From IMG/VR virus record IMGVR_UViG_3300033076_000202, positions 1 through 51,440 of that record: a DNA stretch of 51,440 nucleotides; one strand, written 5' to 3'. The translations under genes and the position numbers were made by a program. Of the stretch, positions 26,735 to 36,180 are shown piece after piece. The stretch is from a virus. Its lineage: Duplodnaviria > Caudoviricetes. The notes under the pieces are model-generated. The model did no database searches and was not told the origin of the DNA. It saw only the letters and a program-made list of their open reading frames with translations. Positions within the stretch are counted from its first letter, which is position 1, and every line of letters starts with the position of its first letter.

Positions 26735-29549
26735 TCAGCACGCTTTCCTTGAAGAAGTCCAGCTTGGTTGTATCGAAGCACAAGGCGTTCACAGGCGCCT
26801 GGGTATTGGCTACCGTGCCTGCGGTCATGCGTTTCTTCTTGATGTCCACGAGCGCCTTGTTCTTCTTGTACGGCGTGATAACTTCCTCGAAGTTGGCCAT
26901 GACCTTAGCGCAGTCCTCACGGAAGCTACGCACTACCACGTACAGCATCTTGGTGTCCGGTTCATAGCGTGCGGTCAGTGCACCACGTGGCTCACGGATT
27001 GGGGCGTGGTCAAGGCCAGTGCGCTTGTCGGTGTTACCGTTGATGACCAGAATCTCATGGAAGTGGCGTTGCAAGAACGCGCCCAAGAATTCCTCGTTGT
27101 CAAACATGTACTCCTGTGTGCGCTCACGGGTCTCTTTGATGAGGTTGACGGCGTAATCAAACACAGGCCGCGTTGGGATGTCGTGTAGCCCGAGGTGCTT
27201 GGCAATCGAACCACCTGCCATAGCCAGCGAAGCCATCAGCGCCCAGTACCGCTCCGAGTTGCGGATGCCCGCAGCCTTGTCGATACGCTCTTGCACATCC
27301 TTGAGCATGGCCTGCACCATAGGCAGTTGGCCCACCAGTGCTTGAGCAAACGGGTCGATGGCATGCCCGTAGTTGGTCATCAACCTACCGAAGTGTTGTC
27401 GTGCCCATGTGGCATCGTCGCGGGTGTCTTGCTTGACGTTGATCTCCAAGATACGTTTGAGTTCGCCGTCCGGGAATCCTTTGACGGAGAGCAGCGCGTC
27501 AGTCACGTACCGGTTGGAGGATGTCACCATGCCCGTCTGAAACTTGGTGTGGTTGGTGCGTTCAGCGTTGTCATGCTGGCGAAGTCGGTTCTTACCGCGA
27601 CCGGAAGTCACGTCGTAAATCTGCTGGGACATCTGCAAGGGGTCCATGTTCGTGATCTCGTCCATCGTCACGGCAAAGTTCTGCATGGTGCCCAGACGCT
27701 GCATGCGGCTGTTGTATGTGTCTTTAGGGGCCAGCATGAGTTCCTTGGGGCGCCCGTATATGCTGTTGATCGCCTGCAAGATGGTGGTTTTGCCGGAGCC
27801 TGACTCACGGCTGACCAAGTTGAGGAGAAACCCGTCGAGCGGTGTGAACTTCATCAGCATGGTGCCAAAGCCCATGAAGAAAGCGAAGGCCCGGTACTCC
27901 ATGCCTTCACGCCCATAGACGTTGATGATGTCTTTCCATTCGTGGAAATCGCCCTTGGCTTGGAAGAGCGGCACATGAGGCAGCGTGGGTGCGGACGGCG
28001 GGCTGTAGACAATCTCCGTTGCTCGGATCTCGCGGTCCCCTACGATGATGCCGGAGTCATCCTCCAGCCAACCAAACTGTTTGTGCGCCTTTTCGGCCTT
28101 GCCTTGCATCTGTAACTCCTCTACCCACTTAGCAACGTATTGCATAAGTACATCCTGTTTCTTGCCGAGGGCTGTGATGCCATGCTCGGCGATCTTCCCC
28201 ACAAATTTTTCTTTTGACAGCACGTTGGCCAGCGGCATGATGAAGTCACGCACGCCATCTTTTGGTAAGTGCAATCGCAGAAGAAGCGTCTCCCCCATGT
28301 CGGGGTCCTGCATCCGCTTGACCACGTAGAAGTCGTATGGATACACAACGTCATCAATGTCTTCGCCCTCTTTGTTCTTGGTGTGTACAAACACACCGCC
28401 CGCCTTGCCACGGAAGAACGGGAACGGGAACTTGGGGATGACGTAGGTTTTTTCTTCGTTGGTTGCGGTCTCCACCTCGGTGACGACGCTATCTTCCTCA
28501 GTGGCTTCAACAAACTCCCGGCCCAGTTGGATCGGCGATGTGAACTTGTGTGGGCACCCCTCGCACGACTTGGGGTTCAGTTTCTTGAACGTATCGCACG
28601 TGTACGGACCCTTGGTCTCGTTGGCCTTACGCTCTGTGATGGCTGCGTTGTAATCGGGGTGCCCTTTGGAAATCGCATGGATTGCCTTGTCCCGATCAGA
28701 GCAGTGTTGGGCAATCGACAACCCGGCACGCCACAACGGTTCTTCCAATGACACTTGGTTGGTGAGGATGTAGACGATCTGGGCACAACCTTCGCCTGCG
28801 CTGGACTTGGCAATGATCGTTTTGAACTTGGACTCAGTTGCCCCCATCAGGGCCAGCGTCATCGGGTCAAGCTGGCGTTTGAACTCCGACCTGTCCAACA
28901 TGGACAAAATGTCTTGTGACGGGTCGAGGACGGTCTTGATTTGGTCGTTCGGTACCTGTGCGGCGAGATGGAGTACCACAACTGGGATTGGGTTGGTGGG
29001 GTCCTTGAGGTGGTGGGTCTCTGGTACCCGTAGGATACGCGCTGCGTCCGCAGGAACAGCGTAGTCGATATCAAACTTGTGTTCGGTGCACAACTGCTTG
29101 AGGCGTTCTGCATGCGGCTTCCACTCGTCACGCGGCATGGGTTGCTCAAGAATCCAGTACACGTGTGCACCGCGCCCAGATTGGACGACAGTAGGGCGGG
29201 GCAGGCTGGTGGCCTTGCAGAAAGTCTTCAGGGCGGCAAGCCCATCTTCCAGCGTGGCATACGGCTTGTCCGGACCACAGTCCAGATCAATGAAAAACGA
29301 CTTGAGGGAAAGCGCGTTGGCTGCGTACCGACCGCTGTCCTTGGGGCCATACTTGGCCATGCCGTAGAAGGCGTTGTAGCCGTCCGCTTGCAGCGAATCA
29401 GCCTGTGCACTCAACTCTTCAATCGAGGTAGCGAACTGCTGACGCACCCGATCTTTGTCATTCTCTTTTTTGTTGCCCCAACTGCAATAGTGCTCCCCTT
29501 CTTGTAGGGGTGGCAATACCATTGCGAGGAAGCTGTTCCTCGTTATCAT
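26694..29549 (-). CDS. Primase-helicase (N-terminal primase-like domain plus DUF927 ATPase)
   Basis: FFIDLD...SGRGAHVYW...RILRVP primase motifs; Cys cluster; Walker A ESGSGKTT and Walker B TMDE. Confidence 0.82.
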   Translation of the reverse strand: MITRNSFLAMVLPPLQEGEHYCSWGNKKENDKDRVRQQFATSIEELSAQADSLQADGYNAFYGMAKYGPKDSGRYAANALSLKSFFIDLDCGPDKPYATLEDGLAALKTFCKATSLPRPTVVQSGRGAHVYWILEQPMPRDEWKPHAERLKQLCTEHKFDIDYAVPADAARILRVPETHHLKDPTNPIPVVVLHLAAQVPNDQIKTVLDPSQDILSMLDRSEFKRQLDPMTLALMGATESKFKTIIAKSSAGEGCAQIVYILTNQVSLEEPLWRAGLSIAQHCSDRDKAIHAISKGHPDYNAAITERKANETKGPYTCDTFKKLNPKSCEGCPHKFTSPIQLGREFVEATEEDSVVTEVETATNEEKTYVIPKFPFPFFRGKAGGVFVHTKNKEGEDIDDVVYPYDFYVVKRMQDPDMGETLLLRLHLPKDGVRDFIMPLANVLSKEKFVGKIAEHGITALGKKQDVLMQYVAKWVEELQMQGKAEKAHKQFGWLEDDSGIIVGDREIRATEIVYSPPSAPTLPHVPLFQAKGDFHEWKDIINVYGREGMEYRAFAFFMGFGTMLMKFTPLDGFLLNLVSRESGSGKTTILQAINSIYGRPKELMLAPKDTYNSRMQRLGTMQNFAVTMDEITNMDPLQMSQQIYDVTSGRGKNRLRQHDNAERTNHTKFQTGMVTSSNRYVTDALLSVKGFPDGELKRILEINVKQDTRDDATWARQHFGRLMTNYGHAIDPFAQALVGQLPMVQAMLKDVQERIDKAAGIRNSERYWALMASLAMAGGSIAKHLGLHDIPTRPVFDYAVNLIKETRERTQEYMFDNEEFLGAFLQRHFHEILVINGNTDKRTGLDHAPIREPRGALTARYEPDTKMLYVVVRSFREDCAKVMANFEEVITPYKKNKALVDIKKKRMTAGTVANTQAPVNALCFDTTKLDFFKESVLIEGDGSTGPATAD

Positions 29550-29550
29550 C

Positions 29551-29636
29551 AGCCGTCCTTCAATGCGCCGTCAAAAAAGGGTTTGGGACAGGGCGGTGAC
29601 GGCACCCGCCTTTTCGGGAGCTACCCTAGTCCCCCC
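29551..29636 (-). ncRNA. Structured 5' leader with pseudoknot upstream of the primase-helicase
   Basis: Outer stem GGGACTAGGG/CCCTGTCCC; inner stem GGCGG/CCGCC whose loop GTGCCGTCA is complementary to downstream TGACGGCGC. Confidence 0.55.
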
Positions 29637-29642
29637 TAACCA

Positions 29643-29873
29643 TTAAGCCAACTTCTCAACAAGTTTCTGCATCTTGTCTGCATGCTTGCCGGACACCACC
29701 ATCTGCCCACGGAACCAAGCGTAGACCGTCACACGGCTCACACCAAAGTACTCCGCAACGTCAGACACGGGGATGTCCTTCTTTACACACAAGCGGCCTA
29801 GCTTAACACCAAGCAGCTTGGGGTTGGCTTCCTCGATTTCCCTGACTGTCAGGGTCGAGTAACCCTTGGCCAT
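29643..29873 (-). CDS. Cro/XRE-like helix-turn-helix protein
   Basis: VSDVAEYFGVSRVTVYAWFRG. Confidence 0.8.
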   Translation of the reverse strand: MAKGYSTLTVREIEEANPKLLGVKLGRLCVKKDIPVSDVAEYFGVSRVTVYAWFRGQMVVSGKHADKMQKLVEKLA

Positions 29874-30781
29874 TAGTCGTCCCACTCTTTCAGGATGGAA
29901 GACAGGTCTTTCGCGCCAGCGGCGGGTTCGTCCTTCTTGGCGCTGCGCACCACAGGCTCGTCCACAGCTTCGGCTTGGACCTTCTCAGGCTTGGCTTCCT
30001 CTGGGCCTTTCATGTCGGCCAGCGGGTCGGCATCGGGCGCTGCCAGCTTGGGTGCTTTCACACCGTCTGCTTCGGCCACCGTCATGGTGATCGCCTTGGT
30101 TGCGGCTTCGGTCTTGCCCTGCTCGATGGCGGCAATCGCATCAGCCTTCTCCAGAACCTTGACAGGCTTGAAGGTCAGCTTGGGCGTGGCGCTGTCAGTA
30201 TCGAAGCGCATTTCGGTAACCACCGTGGAGATTGGGATACCCTTGCTGCCAATCATCTTGGCGTAAGTTTGCAGGGGCCACTTGCCCGGAGCGCCCTCAC
30301 CAAAGATGGATGTGGACGGCAGGGTCAGTTGGAACACATCGCCCTTGATGTCGTTGGCAAGCACCACGGCCAGACGCTGGTTGAAGCGGCAAGCACGGCT
30401 GTCACCTTGGCCCGAACCTTTGACGTTCTGGGGGCAGTCCACACAGCGTTTGGCTTGCGGGTTGTGCGCCTTGGCGTCAGGCACATCGCCATCAGCAGAC
30501 CAGCAGTCAGGGGGAGTGACAACACCCTTCTTGTACACACCTGCGTAGAAGATTCGGGATACCTTGGGTGCAGCGTTGACGATGACCACGTTCATGGAAC
30601 GCTCTTCGTTCTTGGCAATTTCTTTGCCGTTGACCATCATGCGCCACACGCCTCCTTCGATGGAGATACGTTTGACGCCAGCACCGCCACCACCCATCAG
30701 GGATTTGGTGACATCATCGAGTTCCAGTTCCTTCAGGTAAGAGGGAAGACCGGTGTCCAGCATTGCGAGATCGTTGCTCAT
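29873..30781 (-). CDS. Putative single-stranded DNA-binding protein
   Basis: RISIEGG, CWSADG..P...C..CPQN..GS...ACR motifs; acidic C-terminus EWDD; replication context. Confidence 0.6.
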   Translation of the reverse strand: MSNDLAMLDTGLPSYLKELELDDVTKSLMGGGGAGVKRISIEGGVWRMMVNGKEIAKNEERSMNVVIVNAAPKVSRIFYAGVYKKGVVTPPDCWSADGDVPDAKAHNPQAKRCVDCPQNVKGSGQGDSRACRFNQRLAVVLANDIKGDVFQLTLPSTSIFGEGAPGKWPLQTYAKMIGSKGIPISTVVTEMRFDTDSATPKLTFKPVKVLEKADAIAAIEQGKTEAATKAITMTVAEADGVKAPKLAAPDADPLADMKGPEEAKPEKVQAEAVDEPVVRSAKKDEPAAGAKDLSSILKEWDD

Positions 30782-30790
30782 GTTTGCTCC

Positions 30791-31174
30791 TTAGCGTTTG
30801 GTGATAACTACAGTTTGGGTGACATCCGCATTGAGACCGGGCGGAAGTAGGTCCGGGTTTTCTTCAAGGAACTGCGCCATGTTCGTGCTGTTGATTCGTT
30901 GTTGCAACAGTGAAAAAGCGTCATGCTCTTTGATGAAATTGGCAAAGGATTCCCAATCACTGGTCCAGTAGTTCTTGGTCGTCCGTCGAGATACCGTACC
31001 AAATTCGGTACGGATGGTTTGTGCACCTTGCTGCTTGCAGATTTCGAGGAGTTCGCTTTGCAGCGCGGCTTCCTGTTCTTTCAATTCAGCAGCTTGCTTT
31101 TCAAGTCCCCGGCGCTTGTCACGTATCTTCACGTAGACCTTGGCCAGTTGGTCGGCAGTTGGTTGTGTCATCAT
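30791..31174 (-). CDS. Conserved phage coiled-coil protein
   Basis: YVKIRDKR...RTEFGTV...DWESF...LPPGL; precedes the SSB-like gene. Confidence 0.65.
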   Translation of the reverse strand: MMTQPTADQLAKVYVKIRDKRRGLEKQAAELKEQEAALQSELLEICKQQGAQTIRTEFGTVSRRTTKNYWTSDWESFANFIKEHDAFSLLQQRINSTNMAQFLEENPDLLPPGLNADVTQTVVITKR

Positions 31175-31392
31175 GGGTTCCAGTTCTTTGCTTCGCGCTC
31201 TGCAATCTTTCGCGCCATGTTGGCGATAAAGCTGGAGTCACATGACAAGTTGCTACCAATACCGGGGGTGAAGGTGTAGATATGTTTTTGCAAAATATCC
31301 ATCACCCGCTTCTCTACTTTTTCGTCCAACTCCAGCATCAATGCTGTGTTGGCTTCTAACCTGTCGGTTAGCTGCTTAGGTTCCATTTGCAC
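31171..31392 (-). CDS. Hypothetical protein
   Basis: AAGGAG RBS downstream of a promoter. Confidence 0.55.
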   Translation of the reverse strand: MQMEPKQLTDRLEANTALMLELDEKVEKRVMDILQKHIYTFTPGIGSNLSCDSSFIANMARKIAEREAKNWNP

Positions 31393-31411
31393 TCTCCTTG
31401 TTAGTGGAACT

Positions 31412-31440
31412 ATTATTGGGCCTCTACTTTACTTTGTCAA
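31412..31440 (-). promoter_or_regulatory. sigma70 promoter
   Basis: TTGACA, 17-nt spacer, AATAAT. Confidence 0.6.
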
Positions 31441-32984
31441 GTGTCTTCAACAATATTTTTGTAGAGGTCGATCAGCCTTGTGTGGATGTCCACTTTGTCG
31501 GACAGCATCGAGTAGATTCTTTTCTCCACCGGACTGCCTTGAATGTGAACAACCGTACAAGGATTTCGTTGCCCCGCACGATGCACACGTGCGTTGGCTT
31601 GCAGGTAGGTCTCTGTTGATGTGATGGGCCCCCACCACACGACCACGTTGGCTGCGTGGAGCGTCACTCCGTGCGCAGCAGCCTGTGGCTGGATGACCAG
31701 CACCTGCGGATTTGGTTCTGTCTGAAACTTGGCGAACACTTCTGTGCGCTTGTTGACCGGGATACCACCGTGGATCATTTCGCACGAAATGTTGTTGGCC
31801 CTGAGTTCTTCAGCGATGATCTCGATGGCGTGTCGGAACGGCGCGAACACAATGACCTTGTGGCTTGCTTCCTCGATCACCTCCAGCAGCGCGGTCATGC
31901 GTGTCTTGGCGTCGAACGAAATCACTTCACCGTTATCCGAGTAAACCGCTCCGGCAGACAGTTGAAGCAACTTGTTCAGGTTAGCGGCTGCGTTGACTGT
32001 GGTGATCGCTTCTCCAGCGGCCACGGCCATCATGTGCTTCTTGATCGTGTCGTAGAACTTCTGCTGTTGCGGCGTGAGCGGCACCTCGCGTGTGGTGTAT
32101 GTCATGTCCGGCAGGTCAAGGCACTCTTCCTTCGTGAACCGGATCGCTGGCTGCAACACATCGTGCAGCGTCTGCTCAGATGATTTCTTCGGCACCCACT
32201 TGAACTGCGTGATCTTGTGCATGACCTGATCGCGGAACGCGCCAAAGAACTTAGGCACACCGCTGGGGTTGATGATCTTTGCCAAGCCGTATGCGTCTGT
32301 GGGGGACTGCGATGCAGGAGTACCAGTCATCATCCACACCCACATGTCCGGTGCAATGACGGAGTTCAAAGTCTTCCAGCGTTTCGTCGTAACTGTTTTG
32401 TAGGCGTTGGCTTCGTCGATAACAATCAGGTCGAACCCACCAGTCTTGATCTCGTCCTTGATGATCTCCAGCCCGTCGAAGTTACAGATGACAAACTCAG
32501 CGCCCGAGCGAACTGCTGCGATGCGCTTGTCCTTTGAGTAGCTGTGGGCGATAGCCACCGTGCGGTGCATGGCGGTCTTGAACAGGTCGGCTTCCCATGC
32601 TGCGGACATGATGGACAGGGGGCACAGCACCAGCACCCGCTTGATCGCCCCAATCGACATGAGGTAGTCCGCTGCCCAGATGACGCTGTTGGTCTTGCCT
32701 GTGCCCTGCTCGTTGAACACAAACGCACGGCGGTGCATCGTGAGGAAGGCGGCGGTTGTCCGTTGATGTGCAAACGGTTTGTAGAGTCCAGACCACTCGT
32801 ACTGCGCGTCAATGGGGGACGGCACGTTCTTGAGCTTCAGGTTCTTGAGCACCTGTGCTTCTTCCAGCCCCCACTTGACCAGCACCTCATGGTCGCTGAT
32901 TTGTTTGGCCTTGGGGATGACCGTTGTGATGCGTCCGGGTTCTCTGACCTTGAGGAGCAACGCCTTGTTTTCGATGATCTGCAC
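31437..32984 (-). CDS. SNF2-family (SF2) helicase
   Basis: EQGTGKT, VIDEA, MTGTP, HGVTL and QANARVHRAGQ motifs; GTG start with a GGAG RBS. Confidence 0.88.
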   Translation of the reverse strand: MQIIENKALLLKVREPGRITTVIPKAKQISDHEVLVKWGLEEAQVLKNLKLKNVPSPIDAQYEWSGLYKPFAHQRTTAAFLTMHRRAFVFNEQGTGKTNSVIWAADYLMSIGAIKRVLVLCPLSIMSAAWEADLFKTAMHRTVAIAHSYSKDKRIAAVRSGAEFVICNFDGLEIIKDEIKTGGFDLIVIDEANAYKTVTTKRWKTLNSVIAPDMWVWMMTGTPASQSPTDAYGLAKIINPSGVPKFFGAFRDQVMHKITQFKWVPKKSSEQTLHDVLQPAIRFTKEECLDLPDMTYTTREVPLTPQQQKFYDTIKKHMMAVAAGEAITTVNAAANLNKLLQLSAGAVYSDNGEVISFDAKTRMTALLEVIEEASHKVIVFAPFRHAIEIIAEELRANNISCEMIHGGIPVNKRTEVFAKFQTEPNPQVLVIQPQAAAHGVTLHAANVVVWWGPITSTETYLQANARVHRAGQRNPCTVVHIQGSPVEKRIYSMLSDKVDIHTRLIDLYKNIVEDT

Positions 32985-33176
32985 TCTCACTCCAATAGGG
33001 TATCGCTCCAAACACCAAGTTTGGAGTCGAAGGGATCGCCACTTACGGTAGCTACTCGGCTTACTCACACCAGAGGGAAAGCGGCCCCGATGCGCAAGCT
33101 GGTGCGGTTTGCGGGTTCACGAAGCGATTGCCCCGACACCTCCAACACTCACACCAAATCGCAAGGTGCGGTACCC

Positions 33177-33204
33177 ATTCTACGGGTACCTGTGAGGGTG
33201 TCAA
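33177..33204 (-). promoter_or_regulatory. sigma70 promoter with palindrome over the -10 box
   Basis: TTGACA, 16-nt spacer, TAGAAT; the -10 lies in the loop of GGTACCC-N7-GGGTACC. Confidence 0.6.
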
Positions 33205-33503
33205 CCCCGTTTGCGTTCTTTTTTGCTGATCTCAGATACGAGGTTACCCTTACTGTCGCGTTTGAACGACCGGTTGGCAGACTTACTCTGCACTTTTACC
33301 CCGTCCTTGATCGTGCCGCCCTTGTCAGCGGCCTTGACGTGGGCTACATCCTTGCCGTCACCCTTGTGGACCTTGCCCTCTTTCAGCAGCTTGGCACGGG
33401 CGCGGTTGCGCTCCATGCGGTTTTTGACCTGCTCAGGACTGTTCTCATAGGCGATGGCTTTGGCATCGTGGGCACGGCGGGTGGCGTTGTCTTTGTAGGG
33501 CAT
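33201..33503 (-). CDS. Small basic HNH-like protein (degenerate)
   Basis: RNRAR...GDGKDVAH...KGG...SANRS. Confidence 0.55.
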   Translation of the reverse strand: MPYKDNATRRAHDAKAIAYENSPEQVKNRMERNRARAKLLKEGKVHKGDGKDVAHVKAADKGGTIKDGVKVQSKSANRSFKRDSKGNLVSEISKKERKRG

Positions 33504-33514
33504 GGGAGCCTCCT

Positions 33515-34198
33515 TCAATATGAACTTTTGCCATTATGAGGGCAATCCTTGACCGGGCACCACGCCTTGCAACTGAAGTTCGGGCGGGGGTTCCAGACGT
33601 TGGTTTCGTACGACTTCTCCAGTCGGTACGTGTCGTCCAGCCACTGCCGCCACATCGTGCTTTCGTCACGCTGGCTGAAATCGGCCTTCACAAAGTCGTT
33701 GGCAACCACGAACAGCAGCCCGGTCTTGGCCTTCTTGACCTGCGGGAAGTGCTTGAAGATAGCCAGTGACATGAGTTCCAACTGCTTGGTGTCGGCGTAC
33801 TTGGCAGACTTGCCTGTCTTGTAGTCCACCACCCAAGCTCGATCTTCTTGGAGGATAACCAAGTCAGCGATGCCTCGACACCAAACATCTTTGTCAAAGA
33901 ATCCACAGGGTTCAAGGTTCCTTGTGAGTCCCATCTTGTACTCGCACAGCTTCTCTCCGGGCTTGGCCTTGAGCACGTCCAGCGGCTTTTGCATGAACGA
34001 GAACTGTGCTGGCACCGGGGTGCCGTCCTTGATGAAGTCTTCCGCTGCCTTGTGCACGGCTGTGCCGTACCGCATCTGTTCGGACTCCGGCTCAACGATG
34101 TCCTTGACCACCCGGATGCGGTAGTACTTGTGGGGGCACTGCTTGAACAAGTTGATGGATGAATACGACCATGCGTACTTAATCGGATTTGCGCTCAT
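33515..34198 (-). CDS. PD-(D/E)XK exonuclease (RecB/Cas4-like)
   Basis: SYSS...CP, GTAVH, GIADL, VVDYKTG, QL and C-terminal C..CP...C motifs. Confidence 0.85.
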   Translation of the reverse strand: MSANPIKYAWSYSSINLFKQCPHKYYRIRVVKDIVEPESEQMRYGTAVHKAAEDFIKDGTPVPAQFSFMQKPLDVLKAKPGEKLCEYKMGLTRNLEPCGFFDKDVWCRGIADLVILQEDRAWVVDYKTGKSAKYADTKQLELMSLAIFKHFPQVKKAKTGLLFVVANDFVKADFSQRDESTMWRQWLDDTYRLEKSYETNVWNPRPNFSCKAWCPVKDCPHNGKSSY

Positions 34199-34382
34199 AC
34201 TTCCTCTTGGGTTTGATTGTGGCGATGCCCTGCGCAGGTTGAGCAGTGCGGGATTCCATGAAGGCATCAGCGTATGCAAACGCTTCGTCCGTGAGTTCAC
34301 GCCCCTCACCACCGCGCAGGAGTAGCCCACACATGGCGAACATGGCTGCAAGGTCTCGTAGGTTGTCTTCGTGATCGGTCAT
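34179..34382 (-). CDS. Hypothetical protein
   Basis: LRDLAAMFAM...AFAYADAFM pattern common in phages. Confidence 0.6.
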   Translation of the reverse strand: MTDHEDNLRDLAAMFAMCGLLLRGGEGRELTDEAFAYADAFMESRTAQPAQGIATIKPKRKYERKSD

Positions 34383-34666
34383 TTGCCGCCTTCGTGCTTG
34401 TTAGGTTTCTTGGATGGTTTGGCTTGTGAATACACCCCGAACTGCTTGTACGCCAGAAGTTTCTCCGTGCGGACACGTGATGATTCACCCAGACCCGGTA
34501 CGACCGGTGGCGACTTACCGTTGATCTTCTTGGCCTCGGTCACTTCACTGGAGCGTTGGCTATCGGTCTTACCATCTGAACGTGCACGGAAGTATATGTC
34601 CTTCACGAAAATGCTCGGCTCCTTACGCATGCGCCAGTTGAACGGGTTGTTGATGTCGTTATTCAT
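34379..34666 (-). CDS. Hypothetical protein
   Basis: ATGA-coupled on both sides. Confidence 0.5.
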   Translation of the reverse strand: MNNDINNPFNWRMRKEPSIFVKDIYFRARSDGKTDSQRSSEVTEAKKINGKSPPVVPGLGESSRVRTEKLLAYKQFGVYSQAKPSKKPNKHEGGK

Positions 34667-35067
34667 GTGCGCTCCATGTGGTACGGGCTGCTGGGGAGCC
34701 AGCGGGTTAGCGTTGGTCCTGTGTAGGCGGGGGTGACACCGGCTACTTCTTGCTTGGGCTTTGCTTCACGTACCACATGGAGCGCACATGGCTTAGCCTT
34801 CGCACCTTTGCTGGCGAGGTATTGCCTGTACACGTCTGCCTTGACGGCCCATACCCTGGGCGGCGTAGCGTACGGATACCCTGCGGGGGCGGCATGCCCG
34901 ACCACATACAGGCCATAACGCGCCCGTGTTGGGGCTCTGCGCACAGCGTCTGATACCCGCACAGTTGCCAAATCCAGTGCCTTGGCAATATCTACAGAAG
35001 ATGTTGGCCCGTGCGTACACAGGTACGCAGCGATACGATCTACTAGAAACGTCATCTCAAACTCCAA
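34663..35067 (-). CDS. Hypothetical protein with N-terminal wHTH-like region
   Basis: GPTSSVDIAKALDL...VSDAV. Confidence 0.5.
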   Translation of the reverse strand: MEFEMTFLVDRIAAYLCTHGPTSSVDIAKALDLATVRVSDAVRRAPTRARYGLYVVGHAAPAGYPYATPPRVWAVKADVYRQYLASKGAKAKPCALHVVREAKPKQEVAGVTPAYTGPTLTRWLPSSPYHMERT

Positions 35068-35293
35068 GTTGTTTCAAAGCAGCCTGCAACCCAGCCAACC
35101 CGCCCACGCGCTGGCCTTCAATAAAAATCTGGGGCATCTGTCGGGCTTCGGGATGCTCGCGCAAAAGCTGTTCCATAAACGCAGGTGACATTTCAACGTC
35201 AAGGTCGTAGTACCCCAGCCCCTTGCTCTTGAGCAGTTGCTTGGCTGTCGTGCAGTTGGGGCAGTTGCTCTTGGTGTAGATGGTGATGTTCAT
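35057..35293 (-). CDS. Glutaredoxin
   Basis: IYTKSNCPNC; MPQIFIEGQRVGG. Confidence 0.9.
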   Translation of the reverse strand: MNITIYTKSNCPNCTTAKQLLKSKGLGYYDLDVEMSPAFMEQLLREHPEARQMPQIFIEGQRVGGLAGLQAALKQLGV

Positions 35294-35553
35294 TTCTGTC
35301 CTTCAGCTTTGGTGATGGCGGCTTCTGCCTTGGCTGCTGCTGCGCGAATACGCGACAGCTTTTCCTCGGCCTGCATGACCGTTTCGGGCGGGCGGTTGCT
35401 GAACCGCTCTGCGGCCAAGACTTCTTTCAGCGCCTCCAGCAGTTCAGCGTTCAGCGCGTGCAGGCGGCGCAGTTCGGCGGCGGCTTCAATGTGTCCACGC
35501 AGGCCAGTTGCCGCGTAAGCATCAGCCAGCCGCAGGGCTTCGGGCTGTGTCAT
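35290..35553 (-). CDS. Hypothetical helical phage protein
   Basis: AAAELRRLH...ELLEALK...AAITKAEG. Confidence 0.6.
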   Translation of the reverse strand: MTQPEALRLADAYAATGLRGHIEAAAELRRLHALNAELLEALKEVLAAERFSNRPPETVMQAEEKLSRIRAAAAKAEAAITKAEGQK

Positions 35554-35870
35554 AGCGACGACCCTTTCTTTTGGCATGGCCACATGGTGCTCATGACCTT
35601 GTTGATGATGGTGTCCCCGGAAAAATGCCGGATGGCTGGGTTGTTCTCCAGATACAGTTTGACCATATCCACAGATTGCCCCGCCGTCAGGTTTATTGGG
35701 GCACAGATTGTCACACTGCTCAGGGCATCGACCACGCCAGTCACGTAGCCCATGATCAGCATGCGGGCACCAAAGTCACCGTTCATTTGCGCCAGCATTT
35801 TGTTGCCATCCTTGAACTCGGCGTGCGCGTTGGCGCTTACCAGCAGTGCGATAAGTAAAAACTTCTTCAT
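35550..35870 (-). CDS. Secreted Rap1a-like (T6SS amidase immunity-type) protein
   Basis: Signal peptide MKKFLLIALLVSANAHA; GYVTGVVD...ICAP...YLENNP...WPC. Confidence 0.7.
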   Translation of the reverse strand: MKKFLLIALLVSANAHAEFKDGNKMLAQMNGDFGARMLIMGYVTGVVDALSSVTICAPINLTAGQSVDMVKLYLENNPAIRHFSGDTIINKVMSTMWPCQKKGSSL

Positions 35871-35910
35871 AGAAGCGCCTCTTCAAATTCTGGTTGTGGG
35901 GGTTTGCGGT

Positions 35911-36180
35911 TCAGTAGTCGAAGGGCAGTTCCAGTTGCTCGGTCAAAGGGCCACCACTGGTTCCAGTTGATCTCGGATTCAGTATGCGGTTGCGCAGCTT
36001 GCGCAGCTTCTCTTTCAGGAACTGGTTGTCGTCCCGACGCATCAAATTTTCCACCAGCTTTGCACATCGTTCTCTCTCCTGTTGTATTGCATTCATGGGT
36101 ACCATCTGTACACCGGGTCCATCTATTCTCGGGTCATGGCAAGCACATCCACGTTCCGCGCATGCAGTGTCAGCGATCAT
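35911..36180 (-). CDS. Hypothetical protein
   Basis: ATGA overlap with the upstream gene; ERERCAKL motif; ends QLELPFDY. Confidence 0.45.
   Translation of the reverse strand: MIADTACAERGCACHDPRIDGPGVQMVPMNAIQQERERCAKLVENLMRRDDNQFLKEKLRKLRNRILNPRSTGTSGGPLTEQLELPFDY

Noticed and set aside
33515-34198. cas4 as part of a CRISPR system
   Set aside because: Stand-alone PD-(D/E)XK exonuclease in a replication module, which is ordinary for phages.
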